Assembly: GCF_006345805.1 (NCBI RefSeq)
Contig: NC_043000.1
Location: forward strand, 91,884,001 to 91,948,000
DNA from: Octopus sinensis
Taxonomy: Eukaryota
DNA: 64,000 nt
Direction of reading: 5' to 3'
Shown: positions 1 to 12,371 of the stretch, one piece after another
Layout: each line of letters starts with the position of its first letter
Numbering within the stretch: the first letter of the stretch is position 1
Translations under genes and position numbers: made by a program
The notes under the pieces: model-generated
What the model saw: only the letters and a program-made list of their open reading frames with translations
What the model was told of the DNA's origin: nothing
The model's database searches: none

Positions 1-311
1 ATTCCACAGTTCAAAAATTAAATTCCATCCCATTTGGAGGCGGGGCGCAGCCCAGTAGTGCCTACAAAGGCCAAATAATAAAAGTGTGTACTCCGTAAAA
101 ATCCAATGAATAATTGCCAAATGGCCACAGAAATTTTCTATTCCTCAGTATACCGGGAAATAAAACACACTTCAATAAAACCTGCAAATAGGCAGCAGTT
201 CGACAATAACAACAACAGACTTTAACAGAATTTCAACAAGAAAAAACGATGACTTACAGCGCACAGATAAAAAGAAAATAACACGAACGACGTCGTTTGA
301 CCGGAAGCAAG

Positions 312-1095
312 CTTCTTTATTTCATAAGAATGGCCATGAAGGCCGTACATAGAGGGGACAGCACAAGGTAGGGACGAAAAAAAAAAACGAATAGGAATGA
401 TGAATTGGAATTGAATATAATGAAAAAATGGAATGAAGCCGTTCGACCCCACCCCGAGCGACTTCATTGAACCTGTAATTAAAACCTTTTGGTTTTTCCT
501 TCTTTTTTAAGCCATTAATTTGTACTAACATTGATACCGCCTTTATAACAGCTAGTGTCCACTTTTTTGGAAAATGTCTTTGTTAGATTCCTTCAAAATA
601 TATGCATAACTCACCCTTTTAGGTATTTTGCTGATGTCCATCTTCGTAACCAATCGAAGTCAATTTCTTCCTCGTAATCTCGAGAGGCTTTCCGGGTCCG
701 CCACTGCACAGCAAACATCCTTAGGAAAACCCCCACCCTTCTTACGTCCACATCTATTGCTCTGTCCCATGTCTTTATCACGTTACAAACTTCTTCCTTT
801 TTCATGTTATACAATGTTACAAATTTATCCAAGGGCCGGGGTGGGGAAATTTCGGGCTCCTGTGTGTTTGTGCTTGTATTTATGTCAGGTGGGGTATGGG
901 GAGGGTTTAGGTCTGTAGGGAGTGATTGGGGTAGAGTGGGTGTGGACCAATCCCAACGTACTACATACTCATAGGGTTGGCTTTCTGTGTATACACAACT
1001 AGAATATCTTATCTGATACATATCAACCATTGGCCAGAAGCACAAGTGTATCCAACCCTATCTGGTGCATATATTTTCAAGTTCCTGATTCTATC
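312..1095 (-). mobile_element. 3' fragment of a Tx1/L1-like LINE (probable ORF2 C-terminus plus 3' UTR)
   Basis: The minus-strand 3' end CTACCTTGTGCTGTCCCCTCTATGTACGGCCTTCATGGCC..AATAAAGAAG aligns with the 3' end of the Tx1-like fragment at 15858-15911. ORF 611-1045 ends ...RKASRDYEEEIDFDWLRRW, positionally like ...RKVR..E.....CFKKRW in that element. Confidence 0.45.
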
Positions 1096-1121
1096 TGAAT
1101 CCTTATTTTGCTATATATATA

Positions 1122-1160
<39 letters not shown>

Positions 1161-1422
1161 TATATGTTTGTTTTTATGTAATAATAAAAAAAGTTTTACA
1201 TTAATCTGACGGGTTACTCTATACTTCTGTACAGAGCAAATTTATACAATAATGTTGTATAAAATGCAATTCTTATACAATAATGTTGTTGATAGTGACT
1301 TCGAAGTTTTTGGCCAGCTAAGCAAGACATACATGTATATATATATATATATATAATATATATATATATATGTACGTATACATACATCTCTCACTGTCAC
1401 TCGCTCTCTGTGTGTCTCTCTT

Positions 1423-1477
<55 letters not shown>

Positions 1478-2171
1478 GCTCACATGTAAAGACACACATA
1501 AATACACACACACACATACACAACCATATATTACTTGGATATATGTATTGATTCGTACTCGTCCTATGTTGCTAAGAATTAAATGCAAAATTGTATTCTC
1601 TCCTCACCCCAACATTTACAAGCCCATTAGAACAACAACAACATAAATGAATAAATAAATAAAATCGTTGTACTCTTAAAATGTTTATATAATACACACA
1701 TCAGTCTCACAGATAAGTGAAAAGCTTATAGACATGTATATAACTTCGTTGTTTTCTTTATCATATAACAAACCAATAGAGAGAGATCTAGTTTCCTTTT
1801 GCCTAGCTACACTTTCAACTAAGGCCAACGTCTCCAATCATGAATACACCCCCAAGGAAAATGTAAGAAATCTGTGCCAATTTTCACTTTGTCAGTGTTT
1901 GGAGCAGCCATTCTTCTCACTTTTTCAGGGGCCCCTAAGCCATAAAATTGCAGTTTATATGCCCTTTTCCACCTCTAAACAATTAAATGTCTTGGCATGT
2001 CTGTGTCTATGCAGGTAGCCAAGCGATAAATTAAAAGTCTGACATTAACCTCTTTCTTCTCTTGGCCAGGCTTTTTTTTCTTCCAATCAGCAATCAGCTC
2101 CAAAGTACATACATAATACACTGACAGACAGCTACACGCATGCGTATCTACATCTACATATACATACATAC

Positions 2172-2221
<50 letters not shown>

Positions 2222-2367
2222 CGTTTAATACATATATATATATATACACATATATATATATACATAATAATAGTTGTTTTTAGGTAAAGCAGGCTGAGAC
2301 TTCGAAGTCACTGTCACATTTATTTTTGCAAGAGAATATTAAGTGTGTGTGTGTGTGTGTGTGTGTG

Positions 2368-2552
2368 CAGGAGTGGCTGTGTGGTAAGTAGCTTGCTTAC
2401 CAACCACATGGTTCCGGGTTCAATCCCACTGCGTGGCACCTTGGGCAAGTGTCTTCTACTATAGCCTCGAGCTGACCAAAGCCTTGTGAAAGAAGCCCGT
2501 CGTATATATGTATATATATATGTATGTGTGTGTATATGTTTGTGTGTCTGTG
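2368..2552 (+). mobile_element. tRNA-derived SINE family A, 5' part
   Basis: GGAGTGGCTGTGTGGTAAG..GGTTCAATCCC A/B-box-like head; the same sequence recurs at least 8 times in the window. Confidence 0.85.
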
Positions 2553-2654
2553 TAATATTTTCCCATAGCTAAACACGCTTTCACAGACTATTGCAAATGA
2601 AGGATACCGTATATGACAGTGATATTCATTTACAACTATCACAGAAGGTTTTGT

Positions 2655-2762
2655 TTGGCCCCGGAACTATAGTAGAAGACATTTGTCCACTATCTCCTGA
2701 TGTGGGACTGAAACCAAAACCATGTGGTTGTGAAGCAGACCACATAACCACACAGCCACTCT
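2655..2762 (-). mobile_element. SINE family A, degenerate head
   Basis: Reverse-complement match to the family A head (ACCACACAGCCACTC, CTATAGTAGAAGACA). Confidence 0.7.
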
Positions 2763-3024
2763 TGTGCTTGTGCATTCATATGCAGCGAAACTTCAATCAG
2801 GACAGACTCGAAGGTCATAATAAAGGTCACATTCAGTAAAGTAGTATTTGATACTCAATGAAAGATGAGATGGTCACAGCTGGATTACTTTTAATGACAT
2901 GCTAACTTGATTAGAGCTAACTGGAGCTAAACAACAACAATGGCAACAACAACATCAACCATTAAGTTTTGATATGTTCTAATGATATATACACCTGTTC
3001 AGGTGTATATATATATATAAGCCT

Positions 3025-3323
3025 ATAGTTCTATCGGTCTGTTGTGCTGAACTGTTAAGTTACGGGGACATAAACACACCAACATTGATTGTCAAGCGAT
3101 GGTGGTGGTGGTGGGAGACAAACAGACACACATACATATACACACACACGCACATATATATAGATACGACAGGATTCTTTCAGTTTCCATCTACCAAATC
3201 CACTCACAAGGATTTGGTTGGCCCGAGGCTATAGTAGAAGACACTTGCCCAAGGCGCCACGGATCGGGACTGAATTCGGAATCATGTGGTTGGTAAGCAA
3301 GCTTCTTACCACACAGCCACTCC
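3025..3323 (-). mobile_element. SINE family A
   Basis: Head, central (CA/TA) tract and part of the tail match the other family A copies. Confidence 0.85.
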
Positions 3324-3337
3324 ATATATGTATATAA

Positions 3338-3392
<55 letters not shown>

Positions 3393-3398
3393 ATATAA

Positions 3399-3508
<110 letters not shown>

Positions 3509-3971
3509 TTTTTTTATTTATTTTTTTTATTTATCTACTTTCAGCTCACAAGCTGTGGCCATGCTGGGGCACCACCATTTGGTGTTGCTACATGATTTTA
3601 CTTCACGAATGCTTTTTAGCAATTGCCATTTGGTGCATGAGACAGTTCGATGCAACTGCCCTCATCTGCACCTCCTGCCGTGAAGTTGGTTCATTTGGGA
3701 TACCTGACAAGAAGAGATCCAGTTTCATTTTAAAGACATATTTTAAAGACATAAGATATATATATATATATATATATATATCTATATATATCATGTTGTT
3801 AGAGGTGTTGGTGTGAGAGAGGCAAGAGAGTTTATAAATGATAGGAAAGCTTGGAGAGTGTTTGTGGATGGATGAATGAATTTTATGTTGCTCAAAGGGG
3901 TACGGAATCAGCATGATGCTGTGGGGGTAAACCAGCATATGCTGTCGGGCTCCGCTGCTGATATTGGGGAT

Positions 3972-4270
3972 TGCAATGGCCCAGTGGTTAGGGCAGCGGA
4001 TTCGCGGTCGCAGGATCGCGGTTTCGATTCCCAGTCCGGGCGTTGTGTGTGTTTAATGAGCAAAAGCACCTAAAAAGCTCCACGAGGCTCCGGCAGGGGG
4101 GGGGGTGATCCCTGCTGTACTCTTTCACCACTCTTTCTCCCACTCTTTCTTCTGTTGGCCTGCTCGCTTAGCCGGCGGGGTGGCGTCATTCGAAGGCTAA
4201 AAAACAGTGCGAACGCATTGTGACCAGCGATGTGTAGCAACATCTGATTGTCTGGTCGGTCACGTGATAT
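3972..4270 (+). mobile_element. tRNA-derived SINE family C (tail type 1)
   Basis: TGGCCCAGTGGTTAGGGCAGCGG..GGTTTCGATTCCC A/B boxes; body shared with 4975-5138; ends in CACGTGAT repeats. Confidence 0.8.
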
Positions 4271-4280
4271 ATCACGTGAT

Positions 4281-4332
<52 letters not shown>

Positions 4333-4486
4333 GTGTGTGTGTCTATGTATATAATTAAGAGAAATAACCCCTATTAAGTAATTCTATAATGAAAGACATT
4401 ATCTATATTCTATAGAAAAAATTTAGATATACTATAATAGCATAAATATTATTCAAAAAATCACTAAATTAAATAAACATTAAATT

Positions 4487-4584
4487 GACTACGAGCGTTT
4501 CGTGAGTATATCTTTAAATCGATAATAATAAAATCGATAGTATTAAAATGAATTCGATTTAAAACTTTAGCCACTCTTCAGGTC
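4487..4584 (-). ncRNA. Type I hammerhead ribozyme motif with long stem II
   Basis: Minus strand: GAC-CTGAAGA-GTGG[65 nt containing TTTAAATCGA/TCGATTTAAA]TCAC-GAAA-CGCTC-GTA-GTC; canonical core, 3-bp stem I, GUA site. Confidence 0.65.
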
Positions 4585-4781
4585 TAAAATAATAATAAAA
4601 TAAATGTATCTATCTTAACATATAATAACTAGCAAATAAATATAGAAATATACTTATCTTAACGCTAAATAATCGAATAAAATATAATATTAATGAAGAA
4701 TAAAATCATAATTTATCTTATTGAAGAATTCCAGTTAACCTTTACTCTCATAGATTTTCAAATATACATATGTATATATAC

Positions 4782-5138
4782 CGTGGCAATCTATTGGTTA
4801 CGACGACGAAGGTTCCAGTTAATCCAATCAACAGAACAGCCTGTTCGTGAAATTAACGTCGAAGTGGCTGAGCACGTGTACCCTTAACGTAGTTCTCAGG
4901 GAGGTTCAGCGTGACGTTGAGTGTGACAAGGCTGGCCTTTTGAAATACAGGTATAACAGAAACAGGAAGAAAGAGTGAGAGAAAGTTGTGGTGAAAGACT
5001 ACAGCAGGGTTTGCCACCACCTCTTGCTGGAGCCTCATGGAGCTTTAGGTGTTTTCGCTCACAACGCCCGGTCTGGGAATCGAAACTACGATACTATGAC
5101 CGCGAGTTCGCTGCCCTAACCACTGGGCCGTTACACCA
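4782..5138 (-). mobile_element. tRNA-derived SINE family C (tail type 2)
   Basis: Same head and body as 3972-4150 in the opposite orientation, followed by a different ~190-bp tail. Confidence 0.8.
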
Positions 5139-5181
5139 TATACACATATATTATTATTATTATTATTATTATTATTGTTCT

Positions 5182-5767
5182 TCAGTAGTTTTATTTTTAT
5201 AGCATGCTTTCACTTCACTACCGAGCGCAGCTCTGTGTGCCTTGGGTATGTGCTGTGATTTGTTGTGATGCTCTGATGGCTACTGTATGGAAAGTATTCT
5301 GCGTAGGATGTGTGCAGTGCCTAGTAGTGCAATTTTCTGTATGTTATATGTGTTTGTAAGTCCTGGTGTTTTTGTTATGTATTTGTCTGAATATTTTTTT
5401 ATCATGCCTAATGCACCTACTATGATAGGAATTGTTTCTGTTTTTAGATTCCACATTCTGGTTACCTCTATTTCCAGGTCTTTGTATTTTGAAAGTTTCT
5501 CCATTTCTTTTAGAGACACGTTGTCATCTGCTGGTATTGATACATCAATTAGAAAGCATTTTTTTCTTCATGATCTCTGACAACTATATCTGGTCTGTTG
5601 GCCTTAATTTCTCTATCTGTGTGTATCGGCATATCCCAGAGTATGGTTGCTTTCTCATTTTCTGTGACCTTTTCTGGTGTGTGCCTGTACCATCTTTTTT
5701 CTGTTGTTATTCCATAATGTTGGCATAGCTTCCAGTGTATGTAGGTCCCAACTCTGTCATGTAGCAT
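5182..5767 (-). mobile_element. 5'-truncated R4/Dong-like non-LTR retrotransposon (restriction-like endonuclease domain plus 3' UTR)
   Basis: HDRV..IHWKLC..WDMPIHTD..ANRPDIVVRD..IDVSIP..EKLSKYKDL is an R2/R4-type REL PD-(D/E)xK domain; one frameshift near 5560; flanked on both sides by (ATT)n. Confidence 0.85.
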
Positions 5768-5771
5768 TATG

Positions 5772-5827
<56 letters not shown>

Positions 5828-6889
5828 AACTCACTCGTATTTGTATGTATGTTTGCTTACGTAAAATCATAAATATTTTTGGCATTTCTATGACTAATGA
5901 AACGTTTAAGTAGAATAAGAATCAATGAAATGAGTATACATGCATACTTAAATATACAGATTGAAATTTGATGTATAAACATCAAAGATAAATCCAGAAT
6001 AACTAAAGGCTCAGTTACTAGCAGAATGTTAAACCCCAACAAGTTGCTTTAATTTAAATGAATTATATATCTCAATTATATAATTATACATTTGATGATG
6101 TTTATCTTAATGAAACAGCTGTTGATCACAACATATGGAGAATATGTAAAATTCATGCTTTTCAGCTTTTTTCAGCACACACACACACACACACACACAA
6201 GCATATACCTGTTTGTGTGTATGTGTGAGTGCACAAGTGTGTATGCATGTTTATGTTATTAATTTTTAACAGTAGAACTCGAAGTAGATGACTCTATAAA
6301 TAATAGCGAGCAGATATCGCGTTAAAAACACTTTGAATAGAAAGGTTGAAGTCTACTCGTGGGACTCGAATCAACATCTGCTATAAACGTTATTATTTAT
6401 AGCTATAAATAATAGGGTGCACCCTATTATTTATAGCTTTTTCTACTTCGCATTCAACGTGAAAAGCGCATCATTTCTTTTCTCTCGATGTTTCTAAATT
6501 TTTATGACATAACCAATTTACATTTCTCCCAAGTAATGCCTCTAAAATGCAATTAAATGATAGCTTCGGTACAATGGTAGCCCTCTGCATTCGTTGATGG
6601 TGTTGCTTTTGTTGTTTATATTAGGTCAATCTTTGCCAACACGAGCTTTCATTGTGTCTCAAGCATGGTCATTCCATATTTGTTTCAGCTCTGGAACATG
6701 GTATTTACGACTGCGTGATCCGGTATACCACTCCTTTCTTTTTAATTACATTTTGAAGATTGTAGGTTATGTATGATTACAGGAAGATTACAGGTTCCTA
6801 CTTGCTATTTCCAGCAGAATGAATGACTAGTGTGTTTTTTGAAGACTTATCCCACCTTGGCTATAAAATTACTTCAATATGACACCCAT

Positions 6890-7400
6890 ATATATACATG
6901 TTAGCATGTAAACATAGAAATATTTACGTTAGCATGCAAGGATACATATATTTACATGTCAGCATGTAAACTTACTCAAAAATACATGCTATGTAAACTT
7001 CGTATATTTACAGTAGTATATAACCATACATATATTTAGATGTTAACCTGTAAATATACTGGTGTTTACATGCTAGCATGTTAGTGCATAATCATACACA
7101 AATTTGCATGTTAACATCTAAGCATACACAAATTTACATGTTAGCATGCAAACATACAGATATTTATTTGTTGGCATGTAAGCTTATAGAAATTTACATA
7201 TTAACATGGACATATAAGCATATTTATATATTAGCATGCAAAAATACAGATATTTATGTTAGCATGTAAGCATACAGATATTTACACAGTAGTATGTAAA
7301 CTTACAAATGTTTATATCTTACCATTTGAACATGCACTTATTTGCATTTTAGCATGCTCAAACTACAAAATTAACATGTTAGTATGCAAACATACAAATA
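6890..7400. repeat. Degenerate ~30-bp minisatellite (TTAGCATGTAAACATACAGATATTTACATG-like)
   Basis: TTAGCATG recurs at about 30-nt spacing across ~500 bp. Confidence 0.8.
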
Positions 7401-8179
7401 ATACATTACAAGCATTCATACCGCACTTCAGAATGGTTTCTTACATAAGCAAGTGCTTTCTATTTTCTTTTAAATAGAAGAATGCTGACCAGACACATCG
7501 TAAACTAATTATATCCTACAGGGTTTGTTAGGGATACTGTTCTGTACTGATAAATCTAAATAACACCTAATAAACAGATAATGTAATTTAATTTATCGCC
7601 AGTATAAATACCAGACATATAAGAATAGGAATATATAGTAAGGTCATGTCCAGGCCAGCAAAAGAGAACAAAAATTATAAAAAGGGAAGAAAGAAAGAAA
7701 ATAAATTGAACTCTTTTTAAATCTATTAAAATAGCATACTGCCAAGATGCCAGGATAAATAAATGTAGAACAATGCACGCTTACAGAGACATAAATACAC
7801 AAATAGATACAGAAGTATAAATATATACTTTTGAACACAAATTCACACATTCTCACCTGCCCAAACACACACGTTTATATATACATACATATATGTGTGT
7901 ATGCGTGCATGTGTGTGTGTGTGTGTGTTTACGTATTTGTCTATCTATGAATGTTTGATTGTATGATTGTATGATTGCATATATACAGAAAGTAGGGTAA
8001 GTAATGGGAAATATCCAACTATCAGATCAAATGCCTTATAGTATTTGGTTTCGTCCCTTCTTGTCTTGCACTCACATTTCAATTGCGTCAACCATATGGT
8101 TCTTCCACCGAGGGGGTGAGGGTTGAATTTTTATGCACTCACTTGAAGAAAATAATAGTTAAAACCTTTCTAAGTTATC

Positions 8180-8640
8180 TAAATTATAGATCGAAATATT
8201 CTTGGTAAACTAAAGACAGTAGCTGAATGTGTTCAAGAAATAATTTGCTCTCCTGCCATCTGAAATATAATAAAAGGGGGGAAAAGGCACGGGAGGGGCG
8301 ATGCACAACCTAAGCATACACAGGGATAAAATAAAATTTAATCTAATAAATATATTCTCAGACGAATTCATATTTCAGCAAAATGACATCAGGAGTTATT
8401 TCCCTTGCTTATCGTTTATGCATATGTAACAAAGAAAAAATCATTTTCATTCATCCGTCCGCTCGTTTTGAAGACAATCAAACCAAAATAATGGGTTCAA
8501 GCCACTCACCCAATGAATATTTCTACCAAATTTGGTGAAAATCCGCTCAGCTGTTTTCCAGTAATTTTGCAAACACACAGACGAACAGACTAAGACGAGT
8601 AACTATAATACCCTGCTTTTGCTTCCGCGCGCAGGGTAAA
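8180..8640 (+). mobile_element. Non-autonomous DINE-1/Helentron-like element
   Basis: AAATTTGGTGAAAATCCG body motif, ACAGAC repeats, and a terminal TACCCTGC..GCAGGGTA hairpin (8609-8638); family resemblance recalled, not verified. Confidence 0.4.
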
Positions 8641-9336
8641 TATTAAACCACTTATGTAAGGCAATGCAATATCTTCTCTATATTTGAAATTTATTAAAGT
8701 CATCAAAGATATTTTGCCTAAAATCTCATGTGCATTGCTTAAAAGTGTTTTAAAATATTTATATATTTAGGTGCAATCACATTTAGCACGTTTGAGTACA
8801 TTCGGTCTTTTCGTTATGGAAATAGTTTCAGGAGAATATTCTCCTCCCAGACGCGATACTTCAAAAAACATTGTTGGGCGAGAATAAAGTAGTGGATCGT
8901 AGGACCTATGCACTTCTGCGTTGTTACACTTCATCAATACTTTAATCAAAAACGAATTCGAAAGCAGTTTTTCTCAGCCTTGTAAGAACGGATGTTCTTA
9001 TATATAAAAACAGCAAATTGTACATCTGTTGATGTTCACAAAATTGAACTATAATTAATTAATTGGTGGTGAGTGAAGGAGTGCTGAATGAAATATAAGC
9101 GTGTACAATCATTGAAACTGAATGTGTTTAATATAATTGTACTCGCATATAGTTCCAATGCTGTCTTGTGCACCTATTGTTAATTAAAACATTTATGTTA
9201 CTTTATTTTTTAAAGAAACTATATTGTAAGGTCACGTGTTTAGGACTTACAGAAAATACCCCTTCTGTTCGACATTAAAATTATGTTTTAATACTGTTAA
9301 ACGGTATATATTCTTTCACATAATTTTTAGTATTAA

Positions 9337-9707
9337 CCAGCACTATGACCCGGCGTTGCCGGGATTAGTGCTAGTGCATGCATATACAGCTGCGTGTGTG
9401 CACACATACACGCGAGTACTGTCCAAATCTCCGACCAATTACATACAGCTAGCTGGCATTCAATTGGCGTATCACGTTTCGGGCATTTTGATCGGGTTTG
9501 GGATAGAAAATTCACCTAAAAGTCACTTCTATTGACTTTTTAATTGCTTTGCGGGGTGACTTGGGAAATGTAAAGATGTGCACGACCACCCTTTGACTGT
9601 TTTGAATGACCATAGAAAGTACGAGCGCTCTAACTGAAAAATTGTGGATTTGTTTAAAGGACACGCACACACACACACACATTTTGCCGTTTATATATAT
9701 ATATAGA
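9337..9707 (-). mobile_element. Non-autonomous Helitron-like element
   Basis: Minus strand begins A|TCTATATATAT and ends with hairpin CCCGGC-AAC-GCCGGG 8 nt before CTGG|T; A/T target and no TSD. Confidence 0.7.
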
Positions 9708-9714
9708 TAATATG

Positions 9715-9795
<81 letters not shown>

Positions 9796-9879
9796 AATAG
9801 AAATATGTTTCAAAAAGAAAATAGAAACTAAACGTGGAAAAGATATGGGAAAAGTAAGAAGAAAAAAAGCGAAAATGCA

Positions 9880-10830
9880 TATTGGATATCAAAAAATAAA
9901 GTATTTTTTTAATGAAAAGTAACGATAAATATATACAATTAGAAGAACTAAGGTAGAATTAAGAAAAATAAAAGTCATTATTTTGAATTGTTAAAGAGAT
10001 TCAAAGTCATACCGGCATCGTCAAACGCTGTTCACTGGCTTTGAATGAGTACCGATTTCCAAACGGTGTCGGCTTTACTAGTCACTGAGTAAAGAGATTA
10101 TGTGTAAGGGAGGTAAGTAGTTCTGGACGTGGTGCAATTATGGTAGATCTAATACTGTAATATGAATGCTGTATGGGATGTATGGGAGTTAGGGGTATTA
10201 TTGGTAAGGTTAGTAGTGTTCTGTATTATGTTATGTGCTCATGTTAAGTTGTGGATGATAAATACTGATGAAAGTTGCCTCTTTATTCATTCTTTGCTGT
10301 ACTGAGGTGTTCTGTGAACATTGATAGAAGGGGAAAATTAGGAAATTAGGATTGAGGTTCCTAGCACACCTTTCTATGTGTTCACTGACCTGTATCTATC
10401 TGTATTGTGGGTGGCGGAATTTTTTTCTTTGTGAGTAGTGGTTCTTCGTCGGAGTGATATTCCTGTTTGGCCAATATATTGATTACTGCACCCTAAGCAG
10501 GTAATGGTATAGATAAAGTTTTCCGAAGCACAGGTGAAATTTGATTTAGTCTTAAATATTTTACTTTGTTTAAAGTGGAACTCTGTACCCTGCAAAAGGT
10601 GGGAGCATGTGCCACGGTTAAGCCGACCGCATTTTTTCACTTTAGGTTTCGTTATTATTGGATATAGTCTTGCGTTGGTTAATATTTTCTTAAATGTTTT
10701 CGGTTGTATTTTGCTCTTGATAATTTTGTGCGAACCTAAAATTTTGTTCATTGTTTTATCTCCTATGAGATAGTAATTTCAAATGTGAATATTTGACAAT
10801 TGTTCATTGTTCGTCATCGGAGAATGTCTC
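9880..10830 (-). mobile_element. Degenerate Penelope-like element 3' fragment (GIY-YIG)
   Basis: ORF 10374-10751 KCGR..GTC..FTCASENFIYTITCLGCSNQYIGQT..LRRR..H is closely related to the GIY-YIG region of the 40-44 kb element. Confidence 0.85.
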
Positions 10831-12293
10831 CTCCCTTTTGACGATGTGTTTATAAAGTTTTCATATTTTCAGACACTAAAACAACGAGCTTAAATTTAAT
10901 ATTTGCTACCATAACTAGCGTGGGATTTTAGGATGATTATGAATTGTTACATAATGCTATAATGCTTCACTATGATTTACATTAGTGCTATCGAACTGAG
11001 TTGGCTTAATCTGTGTAAGAAACAAGGAAGGTTATTAAGAGGTGCATATTCCAAGCATCATCCTCAGTCGGTCATGCTTGGATAAGATGATACTTCTGCA
11101 AAAATGACTGGATATGTATCCTAGGTATCTACAAATTTGAACATAAATTTGATCATTTTGAACAAATTCGAACATTTTACTTTTCTAAATAGTTTGTGTT
11201 GCTATTTCTTGAATCTCTTCACGTATATGTAACCTTGCCTCTGCTTTAAATGCGCTGAAAAATCGGTTTTGCTTTGTTTGTTTAGACATTTACATTGGTT
11301 TTCATTCATTCTTTAACAGATATCTTTGTAAATTTACAACAAATATTTAATAATAATTTTATCACAATTTCCTGTTTGCACATAATGCAAACAACTCTCT
11401 ATTAGCTGTATTTGTATTTTTATCAGCGTTTCGATGTTGTATTCAAAATAAAATCTTTACTGTTGTTGTTTCCCCCATTAGTCTTGCTAAAGCACAAAGC
11501 TTCTGAAAATATTATAACTATTACTTGCAACTGGAACAGCAAGAGCATTGATAATTATTAAGTTATTGTTGGCATTTAACTTAGTTCTAATTATTAATCA
11601 AATGCGTCTTTAACATTCCTTTCTCAAATGTTTTTCCTATTTGCTAATCTCTGTGTGGTTGGTTTAAGTCTCCTCTCACTATTTCTGTATTTAACATGAT
11701 AATTATTTTTGTAATTAATATTTCGCTTTTCAAGATACTTTAGTTCAATTTTCCCCACCTTTTCAATTTTCATAGCATTTCTCCACTGAATTCATTCTAT
11801 GAAGCTCTGTTTCTAGTTGTCTGTCGTCTGCAGCCCATTCCACACAGTTGAGTACTCATAGAAAGATAGATGTTTGAATATTCCTGTACAGAGATAGACA
11901 TTTGGGTATTTCTTGGCAGAGTTAGAAATTTTAATACTCCTGGACAGAAAAAAACGATGAATACTTCTAGACAAAAAAAGAATGGCTAGATCAAGAAATA
12001 TGAAGAACCAGCAGTAAGTGCCTCTACATGGTTGTTATATCTCTTTAGAAAAGCAACCAAATCTCTCCATAGTAGCACACTTTGCTCTCCAGCATAAAAG
12101 AATATTTGACCTATGAATGCCAAGGCTATGATGACTTTGAGTATATATGAATTTCATTCAGATTGACATGTAGCTAAAAAACATCAGCAAACACAGCAAC
12201 AACAAAAAAAATTATTCCATCTTAGGAACAACAACAGCAACAATAACAAAGTCAACAACAGAAACAGCAGTAACAATGTCAGTAGAAATAATG

Positions 12294-12371
<78 letters not shown>

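Noticed and set aside
3972-4050. tRNA genes at SINE heads
   Set aside because: A/B boxes are present but there is no complete cloverleaf, and each continues into a SINE body.
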